This document shows, piece by piece, positions 6,219-13,897 of a stretch of DNA of 23,409 nucleotides. This DNA is from Cyanobium sp. (lineage in GTDB: Bacteria; Cyanobacteriota; Cyanobacteriia; PCC-6307; Cyanobiaceae), in contig JBIPLV010000020.1 in the NCBI GenBank assembly GCA_044369475.1, positions 1 through 23,409 of the forward strand. The letters run 5' to 3'. The notes beneath the pieces are model-generated. The model was given only the letters and a program-made list of their open reading frames with translations, did no database searches and had not been told where the DNA came from. A program made the position numbers and the translations under genes. Numbering within the stretch: the stretch's first letter is position 1; the number at the start of each line of letters is the position of its first letter.

Positions 6219-7367
6219 CTATTCGCTATTGGAGCGAATGCGTCGTAGAGAATCAAACATCTTGTCAGTAGCATCAGTTAGCAGTGTGATCACGCGCTTC
6301 TCGCGCAGAATTAGATTCACTTGCACGCTCTGGCCAGAGCTCACAGGAAACCGTTGGGATCCCCGGCTCAGATAATCGCGATCCAGCTTCACGTAGGCCG
6401 GAAAGCGTGGTTGGGGGTTTTGCTCGTCGGGAGGCAATGGCAGGGTTCCAATCATTTTGAGCGAGCCTGAAATGGATCCAAACTGGGTGAATGGAAAGGT
6501 ATCAACTCGAATCTGGGCCGGCATGCCCTGCTTCACAAAGCCCACATCCCGGTTGCTGAGATAGACCTTGGCTTCCAGAACCCCACCAGGCACAATCTTC
6601 GCCAGGGTTTCACCAGCGCTAGCGGCATAGCCAGGGCTGGAGGGCACCAGGCCAAACACCACCCCTGAGAGCGGTGCTCGCAGCACCTCCTTGTCCTGAG
6701 TATCCCTAACCTCGGTCAGCTGGCGGTCGAGGTCGGCCAGCTCCCGCAGCGATTCTTGCTTCATCTTCAGGAGCTGGGCTTCAACCTCCTGAAGGTTGGA
6801 TCGCGACTGAGCGATTTCGGATTCCAGCTGCTCAACCTTGTTACGCTGCTGCAGCAGCTGCAATTTCTGGATGCCGCCCTGGGAGGCGAGGGGGGCGATC
6901 TGGCTATAGATGAGTTTTTCAGTGCGAAGCAGCCGCGTTAAACCATCAGTGCGCTCCCTCAGACTTTGGGCTTTGGCTTCGATTGAGCGAGTCTCTTCAT
7001 TAAAACGGGTGCGCTCAAGCTGAATCTGTTCCCTGAGGGTGTCGGCCCGCTTTCCGGACACGTCGGGATCAAGCCGCAGTAGCTCCTGATTAGCGCTGAC
7101 CTGCTGGCCCTCCCTGACAAGAATTTGCTTCACAACCCCAGCAAAAGGAGCCTTAATCGGCCGCTCAGCACCCAGCGGCTGTAGCTCACCAGGAGCGAGC
7201 ACCACTTCATCTATTTTGGCAAAGATGGCATAGATGAAAGCCAAACATGCCGTACCGATGATGGTCCAGATCAGAGCCTGACTCCAAACAGGGGTGGGCT
7301 TGAGTCGCACCTCCTGAGGATTGACTGGTCGGACCGTCAGAGCTGAGCTCATCGCTTTGTTGGCCAT
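6219..7367 (-). CDS. HlyD-family membrane fusion protein (T1SS periplasmic adaptor)
   Basis: It has an N-terminal TM (WSQALIWTIIGTACLAFIYAIFA) and a lipoyl/hairpin entry (APFAGVVKQILVREGQQVSANQELLRLD). A long coiled coil follows, then a beta-barrel C-terminus (VLRAPLSGVV..; MPAQIRVDTFP). The ATG lies 3 nt after the ABC gene stop. Confidence 0.9.
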   Translation of the reverse strand: MANKAMSSALTVRPVNPQEVRLKPTPVWSQALIWTIIGTACLAFIYAIFAKIDEVVLAPGELQPLGAERPIKAPFAGVVKQILVREGQQVSANQELLRLDPDVSGKRADTLREQIQLERTRFNEETRSIEAKAQSLRERTDGLTRLLRTEKLIYSQIAPLASQGGIQKLQLLQQRNKVEQLESEIAQSRSNLQEVEAQLLKMKQESLRELADLDRQLTEVRDTQDKEVLRAPLSGVVFGLVPSSPGYAASAGETLAKIVPGGVLEAKVYLSNRDVGFVKQGMPAQIRVDTFPFTQFGSISGSLKMIGTLPLPPDEQNPQPRFPAYVKLDRDYLSRGSQRFPVSSGQSVQVNLILREKRVITLLTDATDKMFDSLRRIRSNSE

Positions 7368-7370
7368 GGC

Positions 7371-10300
7371 TCAGCCCACCTCCTGCTGGTGATAGAGGGT
7401 GGCGTAGCGCCCGTCGAGCTGCATCAGCTCCGTGTGGTTGCCGATCTCCACCAACATCCCCTGATCCATCACCAGAATCATGTCTGCATGACGCAGGGAG
7501 GCCAGCCGGTGGGTGATAAAGCACACGGTCTGGTTCTGGTAAGCCTCCTTCAGGTTGGCGGTCAAGCGTCGTTCAGTGTCCACATCAAGAGCACTTGTTG
7601 CTTCATCAAGCACCAGGAGGCGAGGTTTACGCAGAATCATGCGCGCGATCGCGAGCCGTTGCCGCTGGCCGCCACTCAAGCCCGCACCCCTCTCACCCAC
7701 GGAGCTGGTGTAGCCACCCGGCATGGCCTGAATGAAATCGTGGGCGCATGCGATCTGGGCTGCTTGGCACACGTCCTCAAAGCTGGCATCGGGCCGAGTC
7801 AAGGCGATGTTGGAGAGGATCGAGCCGTCAAACAACAGACTGTCCTGGGGCACCACACCGATCTGGGCCCTCAGAGAATAAAGATCAACCTTGCTGATGT
7901 CGTTTCCGTCGATGCGGATCGTGCCCTCGAGTGGTTCGTAGAGGCGCGTAATCAGCTTCAACAAAGTGCTCTTGCCAGAACCGCTGCTGCCCACCACGCC
8001 CACAAATGATCCCGCGGGGATCTTGAAGTTGATATTGCTAAGCTGAAGACCGCCCTGGCTGCCAAAACGAAAGCTCACACCGTTGTATTCCACTTCTCCC
8101 AAAATTGGGGGAATGGGCGGTTTCTGTTCTCCCATGATTTCGAGCTCTTCGGGATAATCAACAATGTCCGCAAGGCGCTCGAGCGAAAGGGCTGTTTCCT
8201 GGAAGTTCTGCCAGAGGTTGGCCAACCGCAGCAGTGGATTGGTGACATAACTAGCCAGAATTCGGAAGGCAATCAGCTGCCCGAGGGTCAGCTCACCCTT
8301 GAGCACCAGCGAGGCTCCCACCCAGAGCACCAGCAGGCCGGAAAGTTGCTCCAGAAACTGGCTGGCTGAGCCCGCCGCCGTGCTCGTGATCACATTGCGG
8401 AAGCCTGACTGGATCTGACTTCCATACAGTTGCTGCCAGCGCCAGCGGCTGTGCAGCTCCATGCTCTGACCCTTCACCGTTTCCATACCGCCCAGAGTCT
8501 CAACCAGATGGCTCTGCACCCGCGCGTTGGCCTCGGCCTGATCGCGCAGCTGCTTGCGAATCAGTGGCGCGCTGAGCAGGGTCACACCCACGAAAAATGG
8601 CACCACAGCCAAAGCCCAGAAGGTGAGCTGAATCGAGTAGAGAAGCATCACGGCGATGTAGATCACCGCGAACACAGCATCAAGGATCACGGTGAGCGCC
8701 GTACCCGTCAGGAAGCGGCGGATCTTCTCAAGCTCATTGATGCGGCTACTGACCTCTCCAACCGGCCGATCAGCGAAGTAGCCGAGCGGCAACCGCAAGA
8801 GGTGATCAATGATCGTCGCCCCCAGGGTGATATCGATGCGGTTCGTCGTATCCGAAAACAGATAGGTGCGCAGCGAGGCCAGCACTCCCTGAGCCAGGGC
8901 CATGCCCACCAGCAAGGTGCCAAGCACATTGAGGGTGCTGATGTTGCCCTGGCTGATTACAGCATCGATGATTTGCTGAATCAGCAGAGGATTCAGCAAG
9001 GCAAACAGCTGCACAAAGAAGCTCGCCACCAACACCTGCACCAGCACGGCCTTGTGCTGTTGCAGAGCCGGCAGGAACCAGGCCAGGCCGAAGCGCTTCT
9101 TTGGGGTGCGAGCGCTGCGCTCGACACACAGCACATCGAGCAGGTTGTCGTCATTCCAACCTGTCAGGGATCGGGCCGCCACCAATCCCTGGCCGGCCAC
9201 AGGATCACCCAGCATCAGCTGACCGCTTTGATCAATCTCCCAGATCACCACCGGTCCACTCGTGCCCAGAGCCAGCGCAGGCAAGGGCAGGCGTCTGAGC
9301 TGTGTTTCATTGACCTGCATGGGTGAGGCCCGCAGCCCCATCAGATCGGCGATCGCCGCCAACTGCAGCAGCCCGATGCCTTGGCCCTGGCTGTCGCGCG
9401 CGAGCTGGTCTTCAAGGATGCGGCGAAGCACATCGCGCCTGAAAGGGAGGTCAAATTGCCGGGCCAACATGCGCAGACAAGCCAGCGGCACGTCCACCGG
9501 CCCTTCACCGCTGAGGTGGGGGTAGCTTCCGTCGTCCCCAAGGCGGCCATACCAATCTTCAAGAGCCTGCTGCTGTTGCTCGATCGCCACAATTGCGGTC
9601 GAGCTCTCCTGCCAGTCAGGTTCGAGCAGTTCAGCTTCAGCAGGCTGGGCATCCCGTGCGCCAGCGTCTGGTGACACCACCAGTGCAGCAGGTCGTGCGA
9701 TGGGCGGGCTCGCAGCCTGTTTGGCTAGAAGCCGGGCCGGCAGTTTCCCGCGCACATGGAGTTTGAGCGGACCCAGGATTTCCTCGCCGGGCTTGAGCCC
9801 CGCCACGTTGCTGCTGCTCAGCAACCAGGGCCCCCAGTCAGCATCAAAGCTGTGCTCCCCGGGTGGAACCAGCAGAACCTGTTGACGTTCAGAGGATTCG
9901 GTGAGCTGGTTGCTCGCCCAGTCGCGCAGAACCAACCGCTCCGGGGTACGCGGCGAGGGGCTCGCAGCGGCAACGGCATACAACTCCTCGAGGTTGGGCT
10001 GTGCAAGGGCTCGCGACAGCACCTCATCAGCGGATACGGCTTCGAGAAATGTGTGCTGAGGCATCAGCCACAGCTGGCTGGGCAGGGCAGCAGCCACGGC
10101 CTGCCCGGTGACCCCGCGCAGCAACCCCACCTGGCCCACCATGTCGCCAGGGCCGAGCCGCTGCAAAGTGAACGGCTCGTTGCGTTCATCGAGACCCAAT
10201 AGTCTGAGTTGGCCCTGAGCGACCAGGGCGACGCCGGGCGGAAGCGCGGCGTAGTCATAGAGCTTCTGGCCAGGGCGCAGCTTCAGGGCTTGCAGAGAAT

Positions 10301-10394
10301 CGGCCAGCTGCGCCTGCGTCGTTTCGGGTAGTTGAGAAAACGGTGCCCACGCCCTCAGGACCCGAAGGGCCAAAGTGAGTTGCAGCGGGGGCAC
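7371..10394 (-). CDS. T1SS-type ABC exporter (1007 aa): N-terminal cNMP-binding-like domain, C39-like domain, 6-TM domain and NBD
   Basis: Walker A GVVGSSGSGKSTLLKLI, signature LSGGQRQRLAIARMIL, Walker B LLVLDEATSALD and H-loop FITHRL are all present. The N-terminus has a beta-roll of cNMP-binding type (LRPGQKLYDY..GVALVAQGQLRLLG..LGPGDMVGQVGLLRG). The C39-like segment is PVDVPLACLRMLARQFDL. The start codon is GTG at 10394. Confidence 0.92.
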   Translation of the reverse strand: MPPLQLTLALRVLRAWAPFSQLPETTQAQLADSLQALKLRPGQKLYDYAALPPGVALVAQGQLRLLGLDERNEPFTLQRLGPGDMVGQVGLLRGVTGQAVAAALPSQLWLMPQHTFLEAVSADEVLSRALAQPNLEELYAVAAASPSPRTPERLVLRDWASNQLTESSERQQVLLVPPGEHSFDADWGPWLLSSSNVAGLKPGEEILGPLKLHVRGKLPARLLAKQAASPPIARPAALVVSPDAGARDAQPAEAELLEPDWQESSTAIVAIEQQQQALEDWYGRLGDDGSYPHLSGEGPVDVPLACLRMLARQFDLPFRRDVLRRILEDQLARDSQGQGIGLLQLAAIADLMGLRASPMQVNETQLRRLPLPALALGTSGPVVIWEIDQSGQLMLGDPVAGQGLVAARSLTGWNDDNLLDVLCVERSARTPKKRFGLAWFLPALQQHKAVLVQVLVASFFVQLFALLNPLLIQQIIDAVISQGNISTLNVLGTLLVGMALAQGVLASLRTYLFSDTTNRIDITLGATIIDHLLRLPLGYFADRPVGEVSSRINELEKIRRFLTGTALTVILDAVFAVIYIAVMLLYSIQLTFWALAVVPFFVGVTLLSAPLIRKQLRDQAEANARVQSHLVETLGGMETVKGQSMELHSRWRWQQLYGSQIQSGFRNVITSTAAGSASQFLEQLSGLLVLWVGASLVLKGELTLGQLIAFRILASYVTNPLLRLANLWQNFQETALSLERLADIVDYPEELEIMGEQKPPIPPILGEVEYNGVSFRFGSQGGLQLSNINFKIPAGSFVGVVGSSGSGKSTLLKLITRLYEPLEGTIRIDGNDISKVDLYSLRAQIGVVPQDSLLFDGSILSNIALTRPDASFEDVCQAAQIACAHDFIQAMPGGYTSSVGERGAGLSGGQRQRLAIARMILRKPRLLVLDEATSALDVDTERRLTANLKEAYQNQTVCFITHRLASLRHADMILVMDQGMLVEIGNHTELMQLDGRYATLYHQQEVG

Positions 10395-10424
10395 TTCTGC
10401 TGTGAAACAAAGTTCGGTGGCACC

Positions 10425-11153
10425 TTAAAGGACTTGTCGCGATTCGGGCGGAATGACGTCTTGATTCAACAATTGATATCCCAGCTCCAGGAGAAGTCTT
10501 CTGCGCATCTGTTGATCGAGGATGGCAGGCTTGCTCTCTTCAAGCCGAACAAGGATCCAGCCCTGCTGAATCGGCTTGGGGGGCCAGAGCTGGCCGGGCT
10601 GGCTCACCCGCAGCAATTGAGCTAACCCCTCTGGCAACTCCGACAGGGCGACAGGTCCCTGCTCTCCTCGGGGGCCGAGGTCGGGCTGAGCTGGTAGCTG
10701 TTGCAACAATGCCTCAAAACTAATTTCGCCTTCTTTAATCTGCATGTAGAGCTCCGAGCAGAGCTCCTGCTCAGCAATCGGCAGAACTGTGTAAGTCACT
10801 TCATCAAGGTCTTTCTTCCGCTGAAGGAAATAGCTCGCCAGTTTTTTGCCAAAATGCTGCTCGCACACCTGCAGCCAGAGGTGATGGCGCCGGGCACGGG
10901 TCACGAGCTCGGCCTCTCCAACACCCTCCTGCAACATCCATTGCTGCACGGCTGCTGGTGCATGGAGTCCAAGATCGGCCAGGTAGACCTGAACTTGAGC
11001 CGCAAGCTCCGCTTCACTGAGGGACTCGACTGAGCCAACAACGTCGGCTAGCCAGCGCTGGCGTTTCAGCTCAAGCTGCACCCGCCCCGCCAGGCCAAGC
11101 GCTTGCAAGAGTTCCATCGACAAGGCTGTCGAAGATGCTGAGGATTGGCTCAC
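10425..11153 (-). CDS. Parvulin/PpiC-type peptidyl-prolyl isomerase-like protein (cyanobacterial T1SS-associated type)
   Basis: The C-terminal half fits a parvulin layout (YTVLPIAEQELCSELYMQIKEGEISFEALLQQ..GPVALSELPEGLAQLL..PGQLWPPKPIQQGWILVRLEE). No signal peptide is seen. From memory, similar genes sit next to cNMP/peptidase-domain ABC plus HlyD pairs in cyanobacteria. The start is GTG at 11153; an alternative ATG is at 11117. Confidence 0.5.
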   Translation of the reverse strand: MSQSSASSTALSMELLQALGLAGRVQLELKRQRWLADVVGSVESLSEAELAAQVQVYLADLGLHAPAAVQQWMLQEGVGEAELVTRARRHHLWLQVCEQHFGKKLASYFLQRKKDLDEVTYTVLPIAEQELCSELYMQIKEGEISFEALLQQLPAQPDLGPRGEQGPVALSELPEGLAQLLRVSQPGQLWPPKPIQQGWILVRLEESKPAILDQQMRRRLLLELGYQLLNQDVIPPESRQVL

Positions 11154-11174
11154 TGGCAGTCACGGCGGGTCCGG

Positions 11175-12191
11175 TCAAGCAACCAGATACCCCTCCAGCA
11201 TCCGCGATTGGGCCCGCACCCCCTCGAGCGCCTTGCGCTCCAGGTTGCGCGTCTTGTCCCGGCTCATGCCCAGATCCTTGGCGATGGCGCTGAGGCTCAT
11301 CGGTTCGGAGCGGCCCGGAGCCTGATCGCAGGGGATGCCGTAGCGCATCTTCAGCACCCGACCCTGCAGCTCCGGCAGCTGCTCCAGCAGTGCCCGCAGA
11401 TCTCCTTTCAAACACTCCCCATCCACCAGGTCCTCCGGCAGCTCCGCATCGCCCGCCAGCAGGTCCAGCAGCTCGGTGTCGTCGCCATCGCCCACCTTCG
11501 TCTCCAGGCTCACCGGTTGCCGCGCACGGCACAGCAGGTCCTTCACCTCCTCTTCCGGCAGCTCCACCGCTTCCGCCAGTTCCGTCACCGTCGGGGTGCG
11601 CCCCAGCAGCTGGCTCAGTTCCCGCTGACCCTTCTTCAGCTTGTTGAGCGTTTCGGTGATGTGGATCGGCAGCCGGATCGTGCGGCTCTTCTCCGCAATC
11701 GCCCGTGTGATCCCCTGCCGGATCCACCAATACGCATACGTCGAAAACTTGTAGCCCCGCGTTGGGTCGAACTTCTCCACCCCACGCACCAAACCAATGG
11801 TCCCCTCCTGGATCAGGTCCAGCAGCTCCATGTTCCGCCGCGTGTACTTCTTGGCCACGCTCACCACCAGCCGCAGGTTTGCCGCCACCATCCGCTCCTT
11901 GGCCCGCCGACCCGCCTGCAAACGCTTTTTCAGCAGTGGTGCACTCAGCCCCGCCGCCTGGGCCAGTTCCGCCTGGCTCGGCTTGCTCCCCATCCGGCTC
12001 TCCAGCTCACCCTCCAGCTCCTCCAGCGCCACCAGCTCCTGCACCTGACGCCCCAGCGTGATCTCCTGCTCGTGGCTCAGCAGCGGCACACGCCCGATGT
12101 CACGCAGGTAGCTGCGCACCAGATCGCCGCCGCCCTGAGCCGAGGAGCTTTCCGAGCCTGAACTGGAGCCAAGAACGGGCAGGGCGGGCAT
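11175..12191 (-). CDS. RNA polymerase sigma-70 family factor, group 2 (RpoD/SigA-like)
   Basis: Region 1.2 [24 protein letters not shown], region 2 [61 protein letters not shown], region 3 [16 protein letters not shown] and region 4 [23 protein letters not shown] are all present. At 338 aa it is too short for the primary sigma factor. Confidence 0.95.
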   Translation of the reverse strand: MPALPVLGSSSGSESSSAQGGGDLVRSYLRDIGRVPLLSHEQEITLGRQVQELVALEELEGELESRMGSKPSQAELAQAAGLSAPLLKKRLQAGRRAKERMVAANLRLVVSVAKKYTRRNMELLDLIQEGTIGLVRGVEKFDPTRGYKFSTYAYWWIRQGITRAIAEKSRTIRLPIHITETLNKLKKGQRELSQLLGRTPTVTELAEAVELPEEEVKDLLCRARQPVSLETKVGDGDDTELLDLLAGDAELPEDLVDGECLKGDLRALLEQLPELQGRVLKMRYGIPCDQAPGRSEPMSLSAIAKDLGMSRDKTRNLERKALEGVRAQSRMLEGYLVA

Positions 12192-12203
12192 GGGGAGGGG
12201 CGG

Positions 12204-12227
12204 TTACGAAACTCTTTTGTTTCGTAA
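12204..12227. promoter_or_regulatory. Perfect 9-bp inverted repeat with a 6-nt spacer in the divergent sigma / pseudouridine synthase intergenic region
   Basis: TTACGAAAC (12204..12212), tctttt, GTTTCGTAA (12219..12227). It lies 13 nt upstream of the sigma ATG (12191) and 28 nt upstream of the + strand ATG (12255). It is AT-rich relative to its surroundings. Confidence 0.45.
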
Positions 12228-12254
12228 ACCTACCATTTTTTCCCACACGGCAGC

Positions 12255-12989
12255 ATGGGAGCCATGGCTCTTGAACGCCTACAAAAACTGATGGCCGCCG
12301 CCGGCCTCTGCTCGCGACGGCAGGCCGAAACCCTGCTGCGCCAGGGCCTGGTGCAGGTGAACGGCGCCGCGGCCCAGCTGGGGGACCGGGCTGACCCCGA
12401 GCGTGACCGGATCACGGTGCGGGGCGAGCCCCTGGCGGCCCGACCGGAGCCGCTGCTTCTGCTGCTCAACAAGCCGGCCGGCGTGGTCTGCAGCTGCCAC
12501 GACCCTGAGGGGCGCCCCACGGTGCTCGACCTGCTGCCAGCCGACCTGCAAAACGGCTGCGGGCTGCACCCGGTGGGGCGCCTCGACGCCGAAAGCCGCG
12601 GCGCCCTGCTGCTCAGCAACCAGGGCGACCTCACCCTGCGCCTCACCCACCCCCGCTACGGCCACCGCAAGACCTACCGCGTGTGGGTGCAGGGGCGGCC
12701 TGATGCCCCAACGCTGCAACGCTGGGCCGCCGGCGTCCCTATCGACGGCCAGGCCAGCCAGCCGGTGGGGCTGCAGGTGCTCAGGCGCACGCCCCAGACC
12801 ACCGAACTGGAGCTGCGGATGAGGGAGGGGCGCAACCGCCAGATCCGCCGCACCGCCGCGCTGCTCGGGCATCCGGTGCGGGATCTGCAGCGGCGGGCGA
12901 TCGGCCCCCTACAGCTCGGCGACCTGCCTGAGGGGCGCTGGCGGCGCCTCGATCGCCAAGAATGGGCAGCACTGGCAACCCAACCCTGA
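12255..12989 (+). CDS. S4-domain pseudouridine synthase, RsuA/RluB/RluF family
   Basis: An S4 RNA-binding N-terminus (ERLQKLMAAAGLCSRRQAETLLRQGLVQVNG) is followed by the catalytic motif HPVGRLDAESRGALLLSNQGDL and a C-terminal GRNRQIRR. Confidence 0.9.
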   Translation: MGAMALERLQKLMAAAGLCSRRQAETLLRQGLVQVNGAAAQLGDRADPERDRITVRGEPLAARPEPLLLLLNKPAGVVCSCHDPEGRPTVLDLLPADLQNGCGLHPVGRLDAESRGALLLSNQGDLTLRLTHPRYGHRKTYRVWVQGRPDAPTLQRWAAGVPIDGQASQPVGLQVLRRTPQTTELELRMREGRNRQIRRTAALLGHPVRDLQRRAIGPLQLGDLPEGRWRRLDRQEWAALATQP

Positions 12990-13888
12990 CCCGCACCCCC
13001 CAGCTGCCACCCAAGCACCCGCGGGGCCGCCTCGGCCGCTGGTGGCGGCGGGATCCCCTGCCGGCCGCCAACGCTGCGGCGGAGCCGCCGGCCGATCCGC
13101 TGCTGGCGATTGGGCGGCAGCTGCGGCAGCGGCGGGAGGAGCGCGGTCTGACCCTGCGGCAATTGGCACTGGACACCCGCATCAGCACGGCGGTGCTGGA
13201 GGCCCTCGAGCGGGGCTGGCGCGACCGGCTGCCGGAGGCCACCTACCTGCGCACCATGGTGCCGCTGATCGAGCGGCACCTCGACCTGCCCGCCGGCAGC
13301 CTGGAGCCGGTGCTGCCCGACAGCGAACGGCTGCCCCAGGACCAGCGGCGGCAACCGCTGCTGCGACGCTTCACGCCGGGCTCCATCGATGTGTTCACCA
13401 GCTGGCAGGGCACGCTCCTCTACGGCGTGCTCACCCTGGGACTGGTGTATGTGCTGAACCTGCAGCAACAGCAGCTGGCCCTGCGGGGTCTGCTGGCGGT
13501 GCGGCCGATTCCGCCTCTACCGGCGCAGGAGCTGGCCAAGCCGCCGCGGCCCGAAGAGGCCTTGCTGAAGCTCTATCCCGAGCTGCGGCCCCTGGAGCAG
13601 GCCGCCCGAGGGAAGGGGGTCAGCCAGCTCCGGCGCACCAAACCCGCACCCATGCTGCGCACAGGGCTGCTGGAGCTGGAGCTGAGCGAGCCCAGCCAGC
13701 TCAATCTGGAGAGCGCCAGCGGGGTGCGCACCAGCCTTCGCAACGCCAGCGGCAGCCTCAGCCTGCCCCTCAGCGGCGGGTTCCGTTTGCAGGTGCAGCC
13801 GCCGCCAGGCCCCGGCGATCGACTGAGCTGGAATGGGATGCCACTCCAGCCCGTGAAGGGGCAGCCCGGCAGCTTTGCCCGGCCTTAA
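12962..13888 (+). CDS. RodZ-like HTH (XRE-type) membrane protein
   Basis: It has an HTH (IGRQLRQRREERGLTLRQLALDTRISTAVLEALERG), a single TM (LLYGVLTLGLVYVLNL) and a Pro-rich external region. It overlaps the preceding gene by 28 nt; the start is uncertain. Confidence 0.6.
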   Translation: MGSTGNPTLTRTPQLPPKHPRGRLGRWWRRDPLPAANAAAEPPADPLLAIGRQLRQRREERGLTLRQLALDTRISTAVLEALERGWRDRLPEATYLRTMVPLIERHLDLPAGSLEPVLPDSERLPQDQRRQPLLRRFTPGSIDVFTSWQGTLLYGVLTLGLVYVLNLQQQQLALRGLLAVRPIPPLPAQELAKPPRPEEALLKLYPELRPLEQAARGKGVSQLRRTKPAPMLRTGLLELELSEPSQLNLESASGVRTSLRNASGSLSLPLSGGFRLQVQPPPGPGDRLSWNGMPLQPVKGQPGSFARP

Positions 13889-13897
13889 GCCCAGGCC

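Noticed and set aside
11145-12161. 338-aa + strand ORF exactly mirroring the 338-aa sigma factor gene
   Set aside because: It lies antisense to an unambiguous sigma-70 gene. The product is Arg/Pro/Leu/Gln-rich with no recognisable motifs. Long stop-free antisense frames are expected in high-GC coding DNA.
12219-12234. NtcA-type GTA-N8-TAC site overlapping the right arm of the inverted repeat
   Set aside because: The spacing between GT and AC is 11 nt rather than 10, and the flanking bases do not fit the TGTA/TACA consensus.
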